Below, piece after piece: positions 40,968-48,773 of a DNA stretch of 64,000 nucleotides. Positions within the stretch are counted from its first letter, which is position 1. Each line of letters opens with the position of its first letter. The stretch is from a virus (lineage: Duplodnaviria > Caudoviricetes). A program made the translations under genes and the position numbers. The notes under the pieces were generated by a model. That model ran no database searches, was not told the DNA's origin, and saw only the letters and a program-made list of their open reading frames with translations. The stretch lies in the IMG/VR virus record IMGVR_UViG_3300026158_000083, positions 1 through 64,000 of that record; one strand, written 5' to 3'.

Positions 40968-41558
40968 CTAATGACATTTAGCTGGTTTGCTGGCACCTAG
41001 CTTACGCAACTGCGCGGCATACGTGCTTTGATTCCAGCACTCGCACAAACTACCTGCGCCACCCATAACTTTGTTAGAATACGCGTCTACGGGACAGCCG
41101 TTAACCCAATGCCAGGTGAGCACCGCACCCGCGCCACCCAGTCCACCACCAGATGTGTATTTTGGCCTAACTAGCTTTTGCCACCACTGACCAGACGGAT
41201 CGACTTCTGGTGCACCTCTAGCCAGCCAGCCGCCAGTTCTGTAAGATCGAATGATATTCTCAAGCTGCGTCTTGCTGACCAAACGCCATTTACCTTTGAA
41301 GAAGCGCGAGACATTGATCCAGAGCACTTCTTGACCATTCGGCACAGGCTCTTGTATGACGACGCTATTCGTGTCGGCAGCCTGCGTAGACGCTGGCGAG
41401 CCGCCGAGCCACAGCAAAGCGCAGCAACTTGCCAGCAAAACCAGCCACAGTATGGAGTTGCCTGTGCGTCGCCTGCGCGTAGAGCTTGCCGCAGGACTCG
41501 CAGAACGTGAGTGCGATTGTCGGTCGCAGCCAGTTGACCATGATCCAGTGAGTTTCAT
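40968..41558 (-). CDS. Putative secreted protein
   Basis: RRRR followed by a hydrophobic stretch and STQAA cleavage-like site; paired Cys near the C-terminus. Confidence 0.6.
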   Translation of the reverse strand: MKLTGSWSTGCDRQSHSRSASPAASSTRRRRTGNSILWLVLLASCCALLWLGGSPASTQAADTNSVVIQEPVPNGQEVLWINVSRFFKGKWRLVSKTQLENIIRSYRTGGWLARGAPEVDPSGQWWQKLVRPKYTSGGGLGGAGAVLTWHWVNGCPVDAYSNKVMGGAGSLCECWNQSTYAAQLRKLGASKPAKCH

Positions 41559-41938
41559 TTTCGCTCCTTTGATGCATAATGTGCCTCCCATAGTTCGACA
41601 GAACGCGCCAGATATTCTTCGTGCGATAGTTCACCTCGCTGTTCATTGATACGTTGATACAATTCTGGTGAAACGTGCAGACAGCGTCTGCGGTCACGCT
41701 GATGTGGCGGCTTTAGCTTGATGATCTTTTCGTCGTGCAGCAGTTGAATCGGCGGTCGCAGCGGTTCAAGGCCGAGACGTTCTCGGACCCGATTCTCAGA
41801 TTGCAGACTGACATGCTCATGGCGTCCGGCGATAATGTCAGATAGCGTAGCAACAGGTATCTGTAGTTCTTTGGCTAGCTGGCACATAGAGCCTGTCAAG
41901 CGTGCGCGCAGCGCGCGCCGCGTGCTGATGTCAATCAT
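41555..41938 (-). CDS. Helix-turn-helix DNA-binding protein
   Basis: MCQLAKELQIPVATLSDIIAGR. Confidence 0.6.
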   Translation of the reverse strand: MIDISTRRALRARLTGSMCQLAKELQIPVATLSDIIAGRHEHVSLQSENRVRERLGLEPLRPPIQLLHDEKIIKLKPPHQRDRRRCLHVSPELYQRINEQRGELSHEEYLARSVELWEAHYASKERK

Positions 41939-42287
41939 TCCGCAACTGTCCACCGCGATGTAGATAGCCGCGTTTTTCATCGGCTGCCAGCTTCATAGCG
42001 ATAACGTCTTCCGCATCACTGGCAACATTGACTGCTTGGCGCAGTAAACAGACTGCGGCAATCACAACATCTGCCGCCTCATGCGCGATCATGGCTCTAT
42101 CAACTTCATCGACGCCTTGCTTGGAGCGACGCAGCATACGACTTATTTCACCCAGTTCCTCTACCACGGCATGAAACTGAATATCAACGGCAAGTTTAGC
42201 TTGTTCGTCGGTTAGTTCATGATCGGCAGGTGCAAAACCGCGCCGATACAGCGATTTGATAATATCAGTTATGGCGATGTGGCTCAT
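41931..42287 (-). CDS. mazG: MazG-like nucleotide pyrophosphohydrolase
   Basis: EELGE and HEAADV acidic motifs. Confidence 0.8.
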   Translation of the reverse strand: MSHIAITDIIKSLYRRGFAPADHELTDEQAKLAVDIQFHAVVEELGEISRMLRRSKQGVDEVDRAMIAHEAADVVIAAVCLLRQAVNVASDAEDVIAMKLAADEKRGYLHRGGQLRND

Positions 42288-42295
42288 ATTCGGCG

Positions 42296-42844
42296 TTATT
42301 CCTTTGACCGCGTCGGAAATATTTGATAGTCAAGAAGCATGGTCGGGAAATACATGGTATAGGCTTGCTTCACCGTTACGTGATAGGTGTGACACAGCAG
42401 CGGATCGAAATAAAGGCCATCGATTACCGCTTGATACGCGCCAGACTCTTTTGCCCTAAACATGGTTCGCGAAGCGCAGTATTGTTCATCCACGAAATGC
42501 ACACCGTCGTCGTAGTACGAACACAAAACATCGTCTATGTCATCGTTCGCGTCGATTAGATTACCAATCTGACTGAACACACGCAGGAACGTATCCGTTT
42601 TTGGTGCCAAGTCAAACGTCTTGACGACATAGAATTTACCGATTTCAAGCTCGTCAAACGTGAGCCAATCCCTATCGCCATCGATATGAAAGGTGCGAGT
42701 CTGCGTTTCGTCAAGTGCAATAGCCTTAGCCTCAAACAAATTCTGATCTGGTTCGTAAGCATCTGGCCCGCACGTCTGCGCCGCTACGTTATTGGCAGTA
42801 ATTAGCAATAGCGCAAGCACGGCTAGCGCATAACCTATCTTCAC
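42296..42844 (-). CDS. Secreted PPC (pre-peptidase C-terminal)-like domain protein
   Basis: Signal peptide (VAA-Q), DAYEPD-GDRDW-DTFLRVF-NDD, C-terminal MYFPTML. Confidence 0.7.
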   Translation of the reverse strand: MKIGYALAVLALLLITANNVAAQTCGPDAYEPDQNLFEAKAIALDETQTRTFHIDGDRDWLTFDELEIGKFYVVKTFDLAPKTDTFLRVFSQIGNLIDANDDIDDVLCSYYDDGVHFVDEQYCASRTMFRAKESGAYQAVIDGLYFDPLLCHTYHVTVKQAYTMYFPTMLLDYQIFPTRSKE

Positions 42845-43419
42845 TCTTGCTCCTTCTGCGCATGTCTTTCAAGCGCGCGCAATATGGCTACGGTCTGTTC
42901 AACGCAGCCGACGGGATCGCTGTACAACATGCGCGTCGTAAAGCGGGCGACACGCCAGCCGAGTTCGCACGCGAGGTTCGTTTTTTCGTAATCGCTATCC
43001 TTAGTATGACGACCTACGACAACGGGTTGACCGCTACGACTCATACGCACCATGTCGTTTCCGCCATCAATTTCTAATGCAAACATCAAATCCGGCCATG
43101 CGCAATCGAACATGAACTTGCGTTTAGGATGAAATTTATAATCCGCCTTTGGCTGCGGCAGACTCGGTGCTAGTTGTGCAAACAGCAAGCGGAACTGAAT
43201 GGCCTTATCCGGCGTCTTATTAGGGTTATCTTCAGTTGCCTCATACCAGCGCCATTCAGGTTGTTCTTCCGTACCGACATTATGCGCCCACGCACCGCAG
43301 TTTTTGCAGCGGTGCGTATGTCTGAACGCGACGGGCTTTACCGTACGCGTAGCGTGACAAAAGGCACACGTTACTGCTATTCGATCCATATCACTCCCTT
43401 CGCATAGGATCGGTAACAT
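42841..43419 (-). CDS. Zinc finger + DUF559/Vsr-like endonuclease
   Basis: CAFC-CKNC; YKFHPKRKFMFDCAWP-LEIDGG-YEKTN-GWRVARFT. Confidence 0.75.
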   Translation of the reverse strand: MLPILCEGSDMDRIAVTCAFCHATRTVKPVAFRHTHRCKNCGAWAHNVGTEEQPEWRWYEATEDNPNKTPDKAIQFRLLFAQLAPSLPQPKADYKFHPKRKFMFDCAWPDLMFALEIDGGNDMVRMSRSGQPVVVGRHTKDSDYEKTNLACELGWRVARFTTRMLYSDPVGCVEQTVAILRALERHAQKEQE

Positions 43420-43633
43420 CTTTGACGACGATATTGACGGTGCGTCCTAGCAGCAGCGCGACATTTTCGACAAGGTCTTTCTTCAGCACGCGCGATAGGC
43501 TAAGGTCCATATTGGTTATATCGCCGAATTCATCAGCCCACAAAGTGATGCCAGTTATCTTACACAGGAAGTCAGCAAGTATCATCGGTGCTCCATACGC
43601 GGATATCATAGTTAAGCGCGGAAGTAGTTTCAT
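43391..43633 (-). CDS. Hypothetical protein
   Basis: ORF in a tightly packed operon. Confidence 0.45.
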   Translation of the reverse strand: MKLLPRLTMISAYGAPMILADFLCKITGITLWADEFGDITNMDLSLSRVLKKDLVENVALLLGRTVNIVVKDVTDPMRRE

Positions 43634-43844
43634 CGGGGTCGGACAAAATCTCTATCGTGTTTTTATCTACCGCGCTTAACAGCGATTCAAGTCGTCGTTC
43701 CAATAATGCGACTTTATCGCACAGTTCGCAATGCGCCTTCAACAGCGCAGGATAACCGCCGATGAGCAATTCCATCGGGCAATCATAGTCATCATCTAGT
43801 TCTTCGACATATTCGGCATAGAATATTGGTTTGTTAAATGTCAT
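43572..43844 (-). CDS. Hypothetical protein
   Basis: GAGG RBS before the ATG at 43844. Confidence 0.5.
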   Translation of the reverse strand: MTFNKPIFYAEYVEELDDDYDCPMELLIGGYPALLKAHCELCDKVALLERRLESLLSAVDKNTIEILSDPDETTSALNYDIRVWSTDDTC

Positions 43845-44175
43845 GCATTTCCTCACGTCTGGCGATTTTATCGTCGATCTGTTGAATGATTTGGATTGTT
43901 TCATCGTAACCGTTTTCGTCGATGGATTTGCATAGCGCGTCGATAAGTTGGTCGCCAGATGCGCTGCGTTTTTGAAACTGCTCTTTCAGCAAACTTATTT
44001 CATCCTGCGCCTGCGCTAGTTTTGCCAGCGCGCAGGCATGATGATGCCATTCGCAACCGTCCCAATGCGTCTCACCGCGATTAGTAGCGTGAGCCAAAAA
44101 GCGTTTTATAGCATGTTCTGTCACATCGTCTACCGCATAGACTGATTCATCTTTGAAGATAATTATATGCGTCAT
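43834..44175 (-). CDS. Hypothetical protein
   Basis: AAGGAGG RBS. Confidence 0.65.
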   Translation of the reverse strand: MTHIIIFKDESVYAVDDVTEHAIKRFLAHATNRGETHWDGCEWHHHACALAKLAQAQDEISLLKEQFQKRSASGDQLIDALCKSIDENGYDETIQIIQQIDDKIARREEMHDI

Positions 44176-44215
44176 CGATCCTCCTTTTCCTAATACCGTC
44201 TTAGCGGTACTATCG

Positions 44216-44518
44216 TCAGATTTCCAGTTGATCTGTCAACGCGTTGATGAGTTCGACGTGCATTGCTGCGATGTTGCACATTTCTGCGATACGACACGCC
44301 AGCGGTGCGGATGGCTGTCTTACCGTACTCTCCTTTGCTATCTGTGGAGGCCGCGGTGACATCACAGATTCAAGTTTGTGCGCCATGCGTTCAATGGCTT
44401 GTTTCTGCATTTCCAAAGCTTCTGCCATTCGTTTCAGTTGTGCGATAACTTCAGGATCGCGCGACTGTGCAAGCTGCTCAGTAGCAGGTGCCGATGTAGC
44501 CCAATTGTTGTAGTCCAT
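44216..44518 (-). CDS. Hypothetical coiled-coil protein
   Basis: TGATG overlap start with RBS supplied by the junction repeat. Confidence 0.6.
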   Translation of the reverse strand: MDYNNWATSAPATEQLAQSRDPEVIAQLKRMAEALEMQKQAIERMAHKLESVMSPRPPQIAKESTVRQPSAPLACRIAEMCNIAAMHVELINALTDQLEI

Positions 44519-44700
44519 CACTCCCCTCCCGCCGCTGGCTTGTGCAGCATGATTTCGAGCGGCCCGGCGCAAAACCAGAACCAGCGCCGCCAATGCCATG
44601 ACCACATATGCGGTTTTTTCCAAATTGAGATCGACAACGACCGAATGTCTATGATGATCCTATCGGGTGTCTGGTAGATTGTGCTCGTCGTATAGCCCAT
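44518..44700 (-). CDS. Trp-rich micro-protein (60 aa)
   Basis: MGYTTS-WSWHWRRWFWF-AAGGE, bounded by two junction repeats. Confidence 0.5.
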   Translation of the reverse strand: MGYTTSTIYQTPDRIIIDIRSLSISIWKKPHMWSWHWRRWFWFCAGPLEIMLHKPAAGGE

Positions 44701-44870
44701 CACTCCCCTCCCGCCGCGTCCAGCGCGGCTTGTTCTCCGCTGCGTATCCAATCGTCGGCGTTCTCAATCATCGTGAGTAGCATCATTCCATCACTAACAT
44801 AATTTGGATCAGGTTCGTCTGCGTAATAATCTGGTATTCCAGTATAATGTGGACAGTTCCCCCTTCTTTC
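44700..44870 (-). pseudogene. Probable 5'-truncated gene remnant
   Basis: Open frame ending AALDAAGGE; begins at the 20-bp repeat with no well-placed start codon. Confidence 0.35.
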
Positions 44871-44886
44871 TACCGTCTTAGCGGTA

Positions 44887-45516
44887 CTATTCGGCTTCAA
44901 GATATCGTTCTGAGAAGTTGTACGTGTGTCGTCTTTCAGGTTCGACAAGATTCACCACGCCATTACTGTCGATCCACGATTCACTGTCGAACTCGATGTG
45001 ATAGGTGAAGGTGTCCTTGTACACATCCACATCTCGTATCTCGCCGCGTGCGCCAACGACAAGAAAATGCTTACTACCCATCCATCCGGGCGAATCTGCC
45101 TCACTGATTTTTGGCGTAAGCACCAGCCGCACACGATCTCCAACGTGAAACTTGGCATACTTTGATAACAGCAGCTTATAGGCGTTCGCGTACTTATTGA
45201 ACTGGTATGACAGGTCAGACAGCCCACTCAACGCGTTTCGCAATTCGTGGAGCTTGGCGATGTGTGGGTTTTGCAAAGCCGGATCAGTCTTGGTTTCCTG
45301 CTCAATCACGTTGGACGCGGCTAAACATGCCTCGCACCATTCATACGAGCAACGCCGACAATAACGGTGCAGATGTTCGTTTTCACGGTAGCTTTTGAAC
45401 TCACATGGTTGCCCGTAACGACCGCCATGCGCGACATATCGTGTGTGAATGTCATCGTGTCCGCATTTTGGGCATTTGGTGCACGGGCTGTATGGCGGTA
45501 ATTTGTCGCCACTCAT
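44887..45516 (-). CDS. Zinc ribbon + SH3/KOW-like two-domain protein
   Basis: CPKC-HLHRYCRRC; KFHVGDRVRL-GEI-YHIEFD. Confidence 0.6.
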   Translation of the reverse strand: MSGDKLPPYSPCTKCPKCGHDDIHTRYVAHGGRYGQPCEFKSYRENEHLHRYCRRCSYEWCEACLAASNVIEQETKTDPALQNPHIAKLHELRNALSGLSDLSYQFNKYANAYKLLLSKYAKFHVGDRVRLVLTPKISEADSPGWMGSKHFLVVGARGEIRDVDVYKDTFTYHIEFDSESWIDSNGVVNLVEPERRHTYNFSERYLEAE

Positions 45517-45656
45517 TCTTGACCTCCCGCCGCGTCCAGCGCGGCTTTACATCCCTTCACACAACCGCTCTTGCGGTGACGCACTAGCCAGTGTATGGCA
45601 ACCCACCTGCCGCACCTGGCGCATTGCACGTACTCGTAGGTGTGGCCCTGCTTCAT
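45513..45656 (-). CDS. 47-aa C2HC zinc-finger micro-protein (paralog A; below the ORF-track cutoff)
   Basis: MKQGHTYEYVQCARCGRWVAIHWLVRHRKSGCVKGCKAALDAAGGQE; ATGA overlaps at both ends. Confidence 0.75.
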   Translation of the reverse strand: MKQGHTYEYVQCARCGRWVAIHWLVRHRKSGCVKGCKAALDAAGGQE

Positions 45657-46072
45657 GTTAGGGCTTCTTCCAGGATTTTCGCCATCAACACGGAAATTAC
45701 GTCATCATCGGCGGGGTCAGTGCCGCCATGCTTGAAGGTGTCATGCGCCGCCTGGATGATGTCGAGTAACTGTTCGATGCGTTCGTCCTGCGCCTGGATG
45801 ACGGCCCTTTGCTCATTAATGAGCTTGGTTCCAGCATTCCCGGCCTCAATCCACTGGATGATCTCGGCGCGCAAGGCACTCTCGCCGGGCCGCGTGTTCC
45901 ACTTCTCGATGGCCCCGCTTTCGCCCAAATCCCAATCGCCTACTGCATCACAAGCGTTGCATTCGACGGCATACCACATCCGCGCATGTGGCGTATCTGG
46001 ATACTGCACCTCTTTGACAACGATTGGCGCTTTGCCGCCACAGAACGGACACGGCTTGAGTTCGTCAAACAT
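45653..46072 (-). CDS. Lar-like (restriction alleviation) zinc-finger protein with coiled-coil tail
   Basis: LKPCPFCGG-VECNAC-AIEKWNTR. Confidence 0.75.
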   Translation of the reverse strand: MFDELKPCPFCGGKAPIVVKEVQYPDTPHARMWYAVECNACDAVGDWDLGESGAIEKWNTRPGESALRAEIIQWIEAGNAGTKLINEQRAVIQAQDERIEQLLDIIQAAHDTFKHGGTDPADDDVISVLMAKILEEALT

Positions 46073-46074
46073 GG

Positions 46075-46329
46075 TCAGCCTCCCTGTGCTTCCTGTTCGG
46101 CCAACCGCATCCGCTCATGCTCGGCCCATTCCTGTTCGACATCTTGCAGTTGGATTTCCGCGCCGACCAGGGCGAGCGCCAGTCTGCCAAGATTGCCAAA
46201 ACGGGACAGCATTGCGTGGAGATCGCTGGCCCGCCACTCAACGATCATCTGGTCACGCGATGGTAGGGTTGCGATCAGGGCCTTGATTTCAGCGAGGGTC
46301 TGCATTGCTTCTTCGAGTTGTTCGTTCAC
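46075..46329 (-). CDS. Hypothetical coiled-coil protein
   Basis: GGAG RBS, operon packing. Confidence 0.55.
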   Translation of the reverse strand: MNEQLEEAMQTLAEIKALIATLPSRDQMIVEWRASDLHAMLSRFGNLGRLALALVGAEIQLQDVEQEWAEHERMRLAEQEAQGG

Positions 46330-46330
46330 G

Positions 46331-46711
46331 TCAAACTCCTACTGCCGCAAGTGCGGCCCGACAGATCGCCAGCGGCGCGGTCTTTGCATAGGCGCTTCGC
46401 ACCGGTCCATCACCGCCATTTAGATCGATGTCGCAGCGCCAATTTCCTTTTTCCGTGCGCACCAGTCGCGTGTAAAACTGCGGCCAAGTAAATTCCTCAA
46501 GTACACGCCAGGCGTGGTCAATCTTTGTGCTTGGTTGAAATGGCTTCCACTCGTAGAACTCGACTTCGATAAATTCTGGAGCCGGGTCACTATCATTGGT
46601 CTCAAACCATGCCATGCGGCCCCACTGGTTCATCTGATAGAACCAACCCATGACGTGTACGGCTACGGCATTGTCTGTCTCTGCCCCGGCACACCTATCG
46701 TGTGGATTCAT
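46331..46711 (-). CDS. Phage ABA-sandwich-like domain protein
   Basis: DNAVAVHVMGW-PSTKIDHAWRVLE-APLAICRAAL. Confidence 0.65.
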   Translation of the reverse strand: MNPHDRCAGAETDNAVAVHVMGWFYQMNQWGRMAWFETNDSDPAPEFIEVEFYEWKPFQPSTKIDHAWRVLEEFTWPQFYTRLVRTEKGNWRCDIDLNGGDGPVRSAYAKTAPLAICRAALAAVGV

Positions 46712-46845
46712 TCTCCCCCTCCCGCCGCGTCCAGCGCGGCCTTGATTCCCTTCATACAACGGCTCTTGAGATGCCTCACAAGCCAATTTTCAGCAACTAG
46801 TTTGCCGCATTTTTGGCAACGCACGCGCCCATAGGTTTTCTTCAT
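46708..46845 (-). CDS. 45-aa C2HC zinc-finger micro-protein (paralog B; below the ORF-track cutoff)
   Basis: MKKTYGRVRCQKCGKLVAENWLVRHLKSRCMKGIKAALDAAGGGE; ATGA overlaps. Confidence 0.75.
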   Translation of the reverse strand: MKKTYGRVRCQKCGKLVAENWLVRHLKSRCMKGIKAALDAAGGGE

Positions 46846-47138
46846 CGTTGTATCATCCTGCGGAGGCATTCGATCTCGGCCTGTTGCTCGTTGATGATAG
46901 TGGTCGCGGCATTATTTGCGGCGATCCACTTGACGATCTCGGCACGCAGGCCGGGAACACACGTACAATGCACTTCGTCTTCACACGGCTCATTCATAAT
47001 ATCCGTATACGCCCGCCTGATCTCGTCAAGTTCATTGCGCAGCCGTTCGTTCTCAGCGCGCAACCTGGTAATCTCGGCGCGGTCCTTGTTGGCATCGTCA
47101 AGCAAATCCTGACATGCCTCACGATAGGATGTTTTCAT
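46842..47138 (-). CDS. Coiled-coil protein with HCTC motif
   Basis: LRAEIVKWIAANNAATTIINEQ resembles the C-terminal half of 45653-46072. Confidence 0.6.
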   Translation of the reverse strand: MKTSYREACQDLLDDANKDRAEITRLRAENERLRNELDEIRRAYTDIMNEPCEDEVHCTCVPGLRAEIVKWIAANNAATTIINEQQAEIECLRRMIQR

Positions 47139-47183
47139 TGCTCCCCTCCAGAGGTCCTACTGAATATTGGCCCCGCCCATTCA

Positions 47184-47534
47184 CTATGGGCCGTTACCGA
47201 TCTCCCCCAGTGCTTTTTCAACTTGATCTAAGGTGTTCCTGGTAATGTAGCGTCGAGCATCGGCATCATAGGTAAACTCGTCATATACCGTTTGTAGCGC
47301 GGCGCGTAGCCGTGCGTTCTCGGCACGCAATGTGTCTTCCGCGAAGCGGGTGTTCCACTGCTCCGCGCTGCCATAGAATGATCGTTGCGGACAACTGCTA
47401 TTCCAATCCTCGTGCGAGATATAATGCTCGCCGGTCATGGTGTTATACCGGATTACGACGGGTTGACCACAGAAGCCGCAGGGCTTCAGGCTTTCAAATA
47501 GGTTGCACGCGTCGCACTTGGGATCATCAGTCAT
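47184..47534 (-). CDS. Second Lar-like zinc-finger protein
   Basis: LKPCGFCG-EQWNTR. Confidence 0.65.
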   Translation of the reverse strand: MTDDPKCDACNLFESLKPCGFCGQPVVIRYNTMTGEHYISHEDWNSSCPQRSFYGSAEQWNTRFAEDTLRAENARLRAALQTVYDEFTYDADARRYITRNTLDQVEKALGEIGNGP

Positions 47535-47814
47535 CACACTCTCCCGCCGCGTCCAGCGCTGCTTGCAGTTTTGCGTTTGCCCGTTCAACAGCTTCGGCGG
47601 CTGAATAGGCCGTCACGCTGAGAGTCTTCTGTAGTCCATGACCGATGATGTAATAGCGTTGTGGTCTGCCGCACTTGCGGCGTCCGGCAGACAATGATAG
47701 GTAGCAATCTGGATTGTCGGGGTCCTGTGCGATGCGCCCCATCAGTACCATGCCGATGCGCTCTTTCTCAATCGGGTATTCCTTCCACAAAACTAGTCTC
47801 ATGCGTCCTCCCAT
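47527..47814 (-). CDS. Hypothetical protein
   Basis: Ends AALDAAGECDD. Confidence 0.55.
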   Translation of the reverse strand: MGGRMRLVLWKEYPIEKERIGMVLMGRIAQDPDNPDCYLSLSAGRRKCGRPQRYYIIGHGLQKTLSVTAYSAAEAVERANAKLQAALDAAGECDD

Positions 47815-47824
47815 CCCCTAAGAA

Positions 47825-48109
47825 TCAATTAGCGCCAGCGCTAGCTGCGGCGTCGCAGTAATTGCACTGATACTTGCCGGGTCGCACGGCTTCTAGTTCA
47901 TTGCCGCATACGCTGCACTTGCCGGTAAATTCGTCCATGTGATTAGTAAGCGTGTCGATAACACGGAGCCACTCAGAAGGCAGCAGGCTAATCACTCGCC
48001 AGGATTGATTGTCGTGACGATACAGCAGTACCATTTTCTTTTGCCCATGCCGATATTCTACATCAACATCGGCTTCAAACGTATCGGTACTTTTCGTATG
48101 GTTGTCCAT
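47825..48109 (-). CDS. Hypothetical protein with C-terminal zinc ribbon
   Basis: CSVC-CNYC. Confidence 0.6.
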   Translation of the reverse strand: MDNHTKSTDTFEADVDVEYRHGQKKMVLLYRHDNQSWRVISLLPSEWLRVIDTLTNHMDEFTGKCSVCGNELEAVRPGKYQCNYCDAAASAGAN

Positions 48110-48113
48110 GCTT

Positions 48114-48758
48114 CTACCTTATCCTTACTGCAAAATCACGGTGCTTGATCTTAGTAATAATCCTGTTACCGGCGCGCGACTTTAGTTCCACAGCGGGTCT
48201 AGCCACAATACCTTCGGCTTTGAAGTCGCCCCATAGGGAGTTGAATCCAGCACGCGTCATTTCTACCATATCGTACAGCGTGCCGGTGCCGATTATTGGC
48301 ACGACATCGATTTGAAGGGCTAGTGATATTTCTTCTACGTCCAGTCGGTTTAGCCACCAATCGCCGATCTTGACATCAAAAAGAACAAAGCTTTGATCTT
48401 GACGATACTTTTGACCGGCTTTTTGAATCTTAGCGCCGTAACCCTCGCCATAAAGACATACACCAGAATCAAACTTGGTTCTAAACGTCGCTAGTTGCGG
48501 TAGAAAAATGTCGCTCAAACTCGTCAATAGAAAATCAGGGATTTCCGATTCATCGCCTTTACCACCAAATGTGATTTGCTGACCATCGAACATTACGCGA
48601 ATGTTCGTGCCATCAACTTTCTCCGTAAACACCCACTGATTATTAGCCAGATACGCAAATTCAGGCAGCGCAAATTGGCCTTCCAGCAGCGTCTTCATTT
48701 TTGTCTGCGGATCACGCAAAAATACAGTTTGGATTTTGTGATAGTGTTCCATGTGCAC
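48114..48758 (-). CDS. RNA ligase (Rnl2-like nucleotidyltransferase domain)
   Basis: YHKI, EKVDGTN (motif I), LYGEGYG, FVLFDV, EGIV, KIK. Confidence 0.85.
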   Translation of the reverse strand: MHMEHYHKIQTVFLRDPQTKMKTLLEGQFALPEFAYLANNQWVFTEKVDGTNIRVMFDGQQITFGGKGDESEIPDFLLTSLSDIFLPQLATFRTKFDSGVCLYGEGYGAKIQKAGQKYRQDQSFVLFDVKIGDWWLNRLDVEEISLALQIDVVPIIGTGTLYDMVEMTRAGFNSLWGDFKAEGIVARPAVELKSRAGNRIITKIKHRDFAVRIR

Positions 48759-48773
48759 CTCTCCTAAATGTGG

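Larger units (their letters stand above)
44194..44890. repeat. Exact 20-bp direct repeat, two copies (44194-44213, 44871-44890)
   Basis: TACCGTCTTAGCGGTACTAT, containing the inverted repeat TACCG-n6-CGGTA. Both copies lie at or just after stop codons. Confidence 0.9.
44516..47559 (-). repeat. Gene-junction repeat family, five copies
   Basis: Core GCCGCGCTGGACGCGGCGGGAG on the - strand at 44698-44729, 45523-45545 and 46718-46740; near copy 47541-47559; partial copy 44516-44536. Confidence 0.9.

Noticed and set aside
45591-46286. 231-aa + strand ORF
   Set aside because: It is antisense to the coupled - strand genes, which have recognisable motifs.
44516-47559. CRISPR array
   Set aside because: Spacing is irregular (about 180-1200 bp) and the intervals are coding genes.
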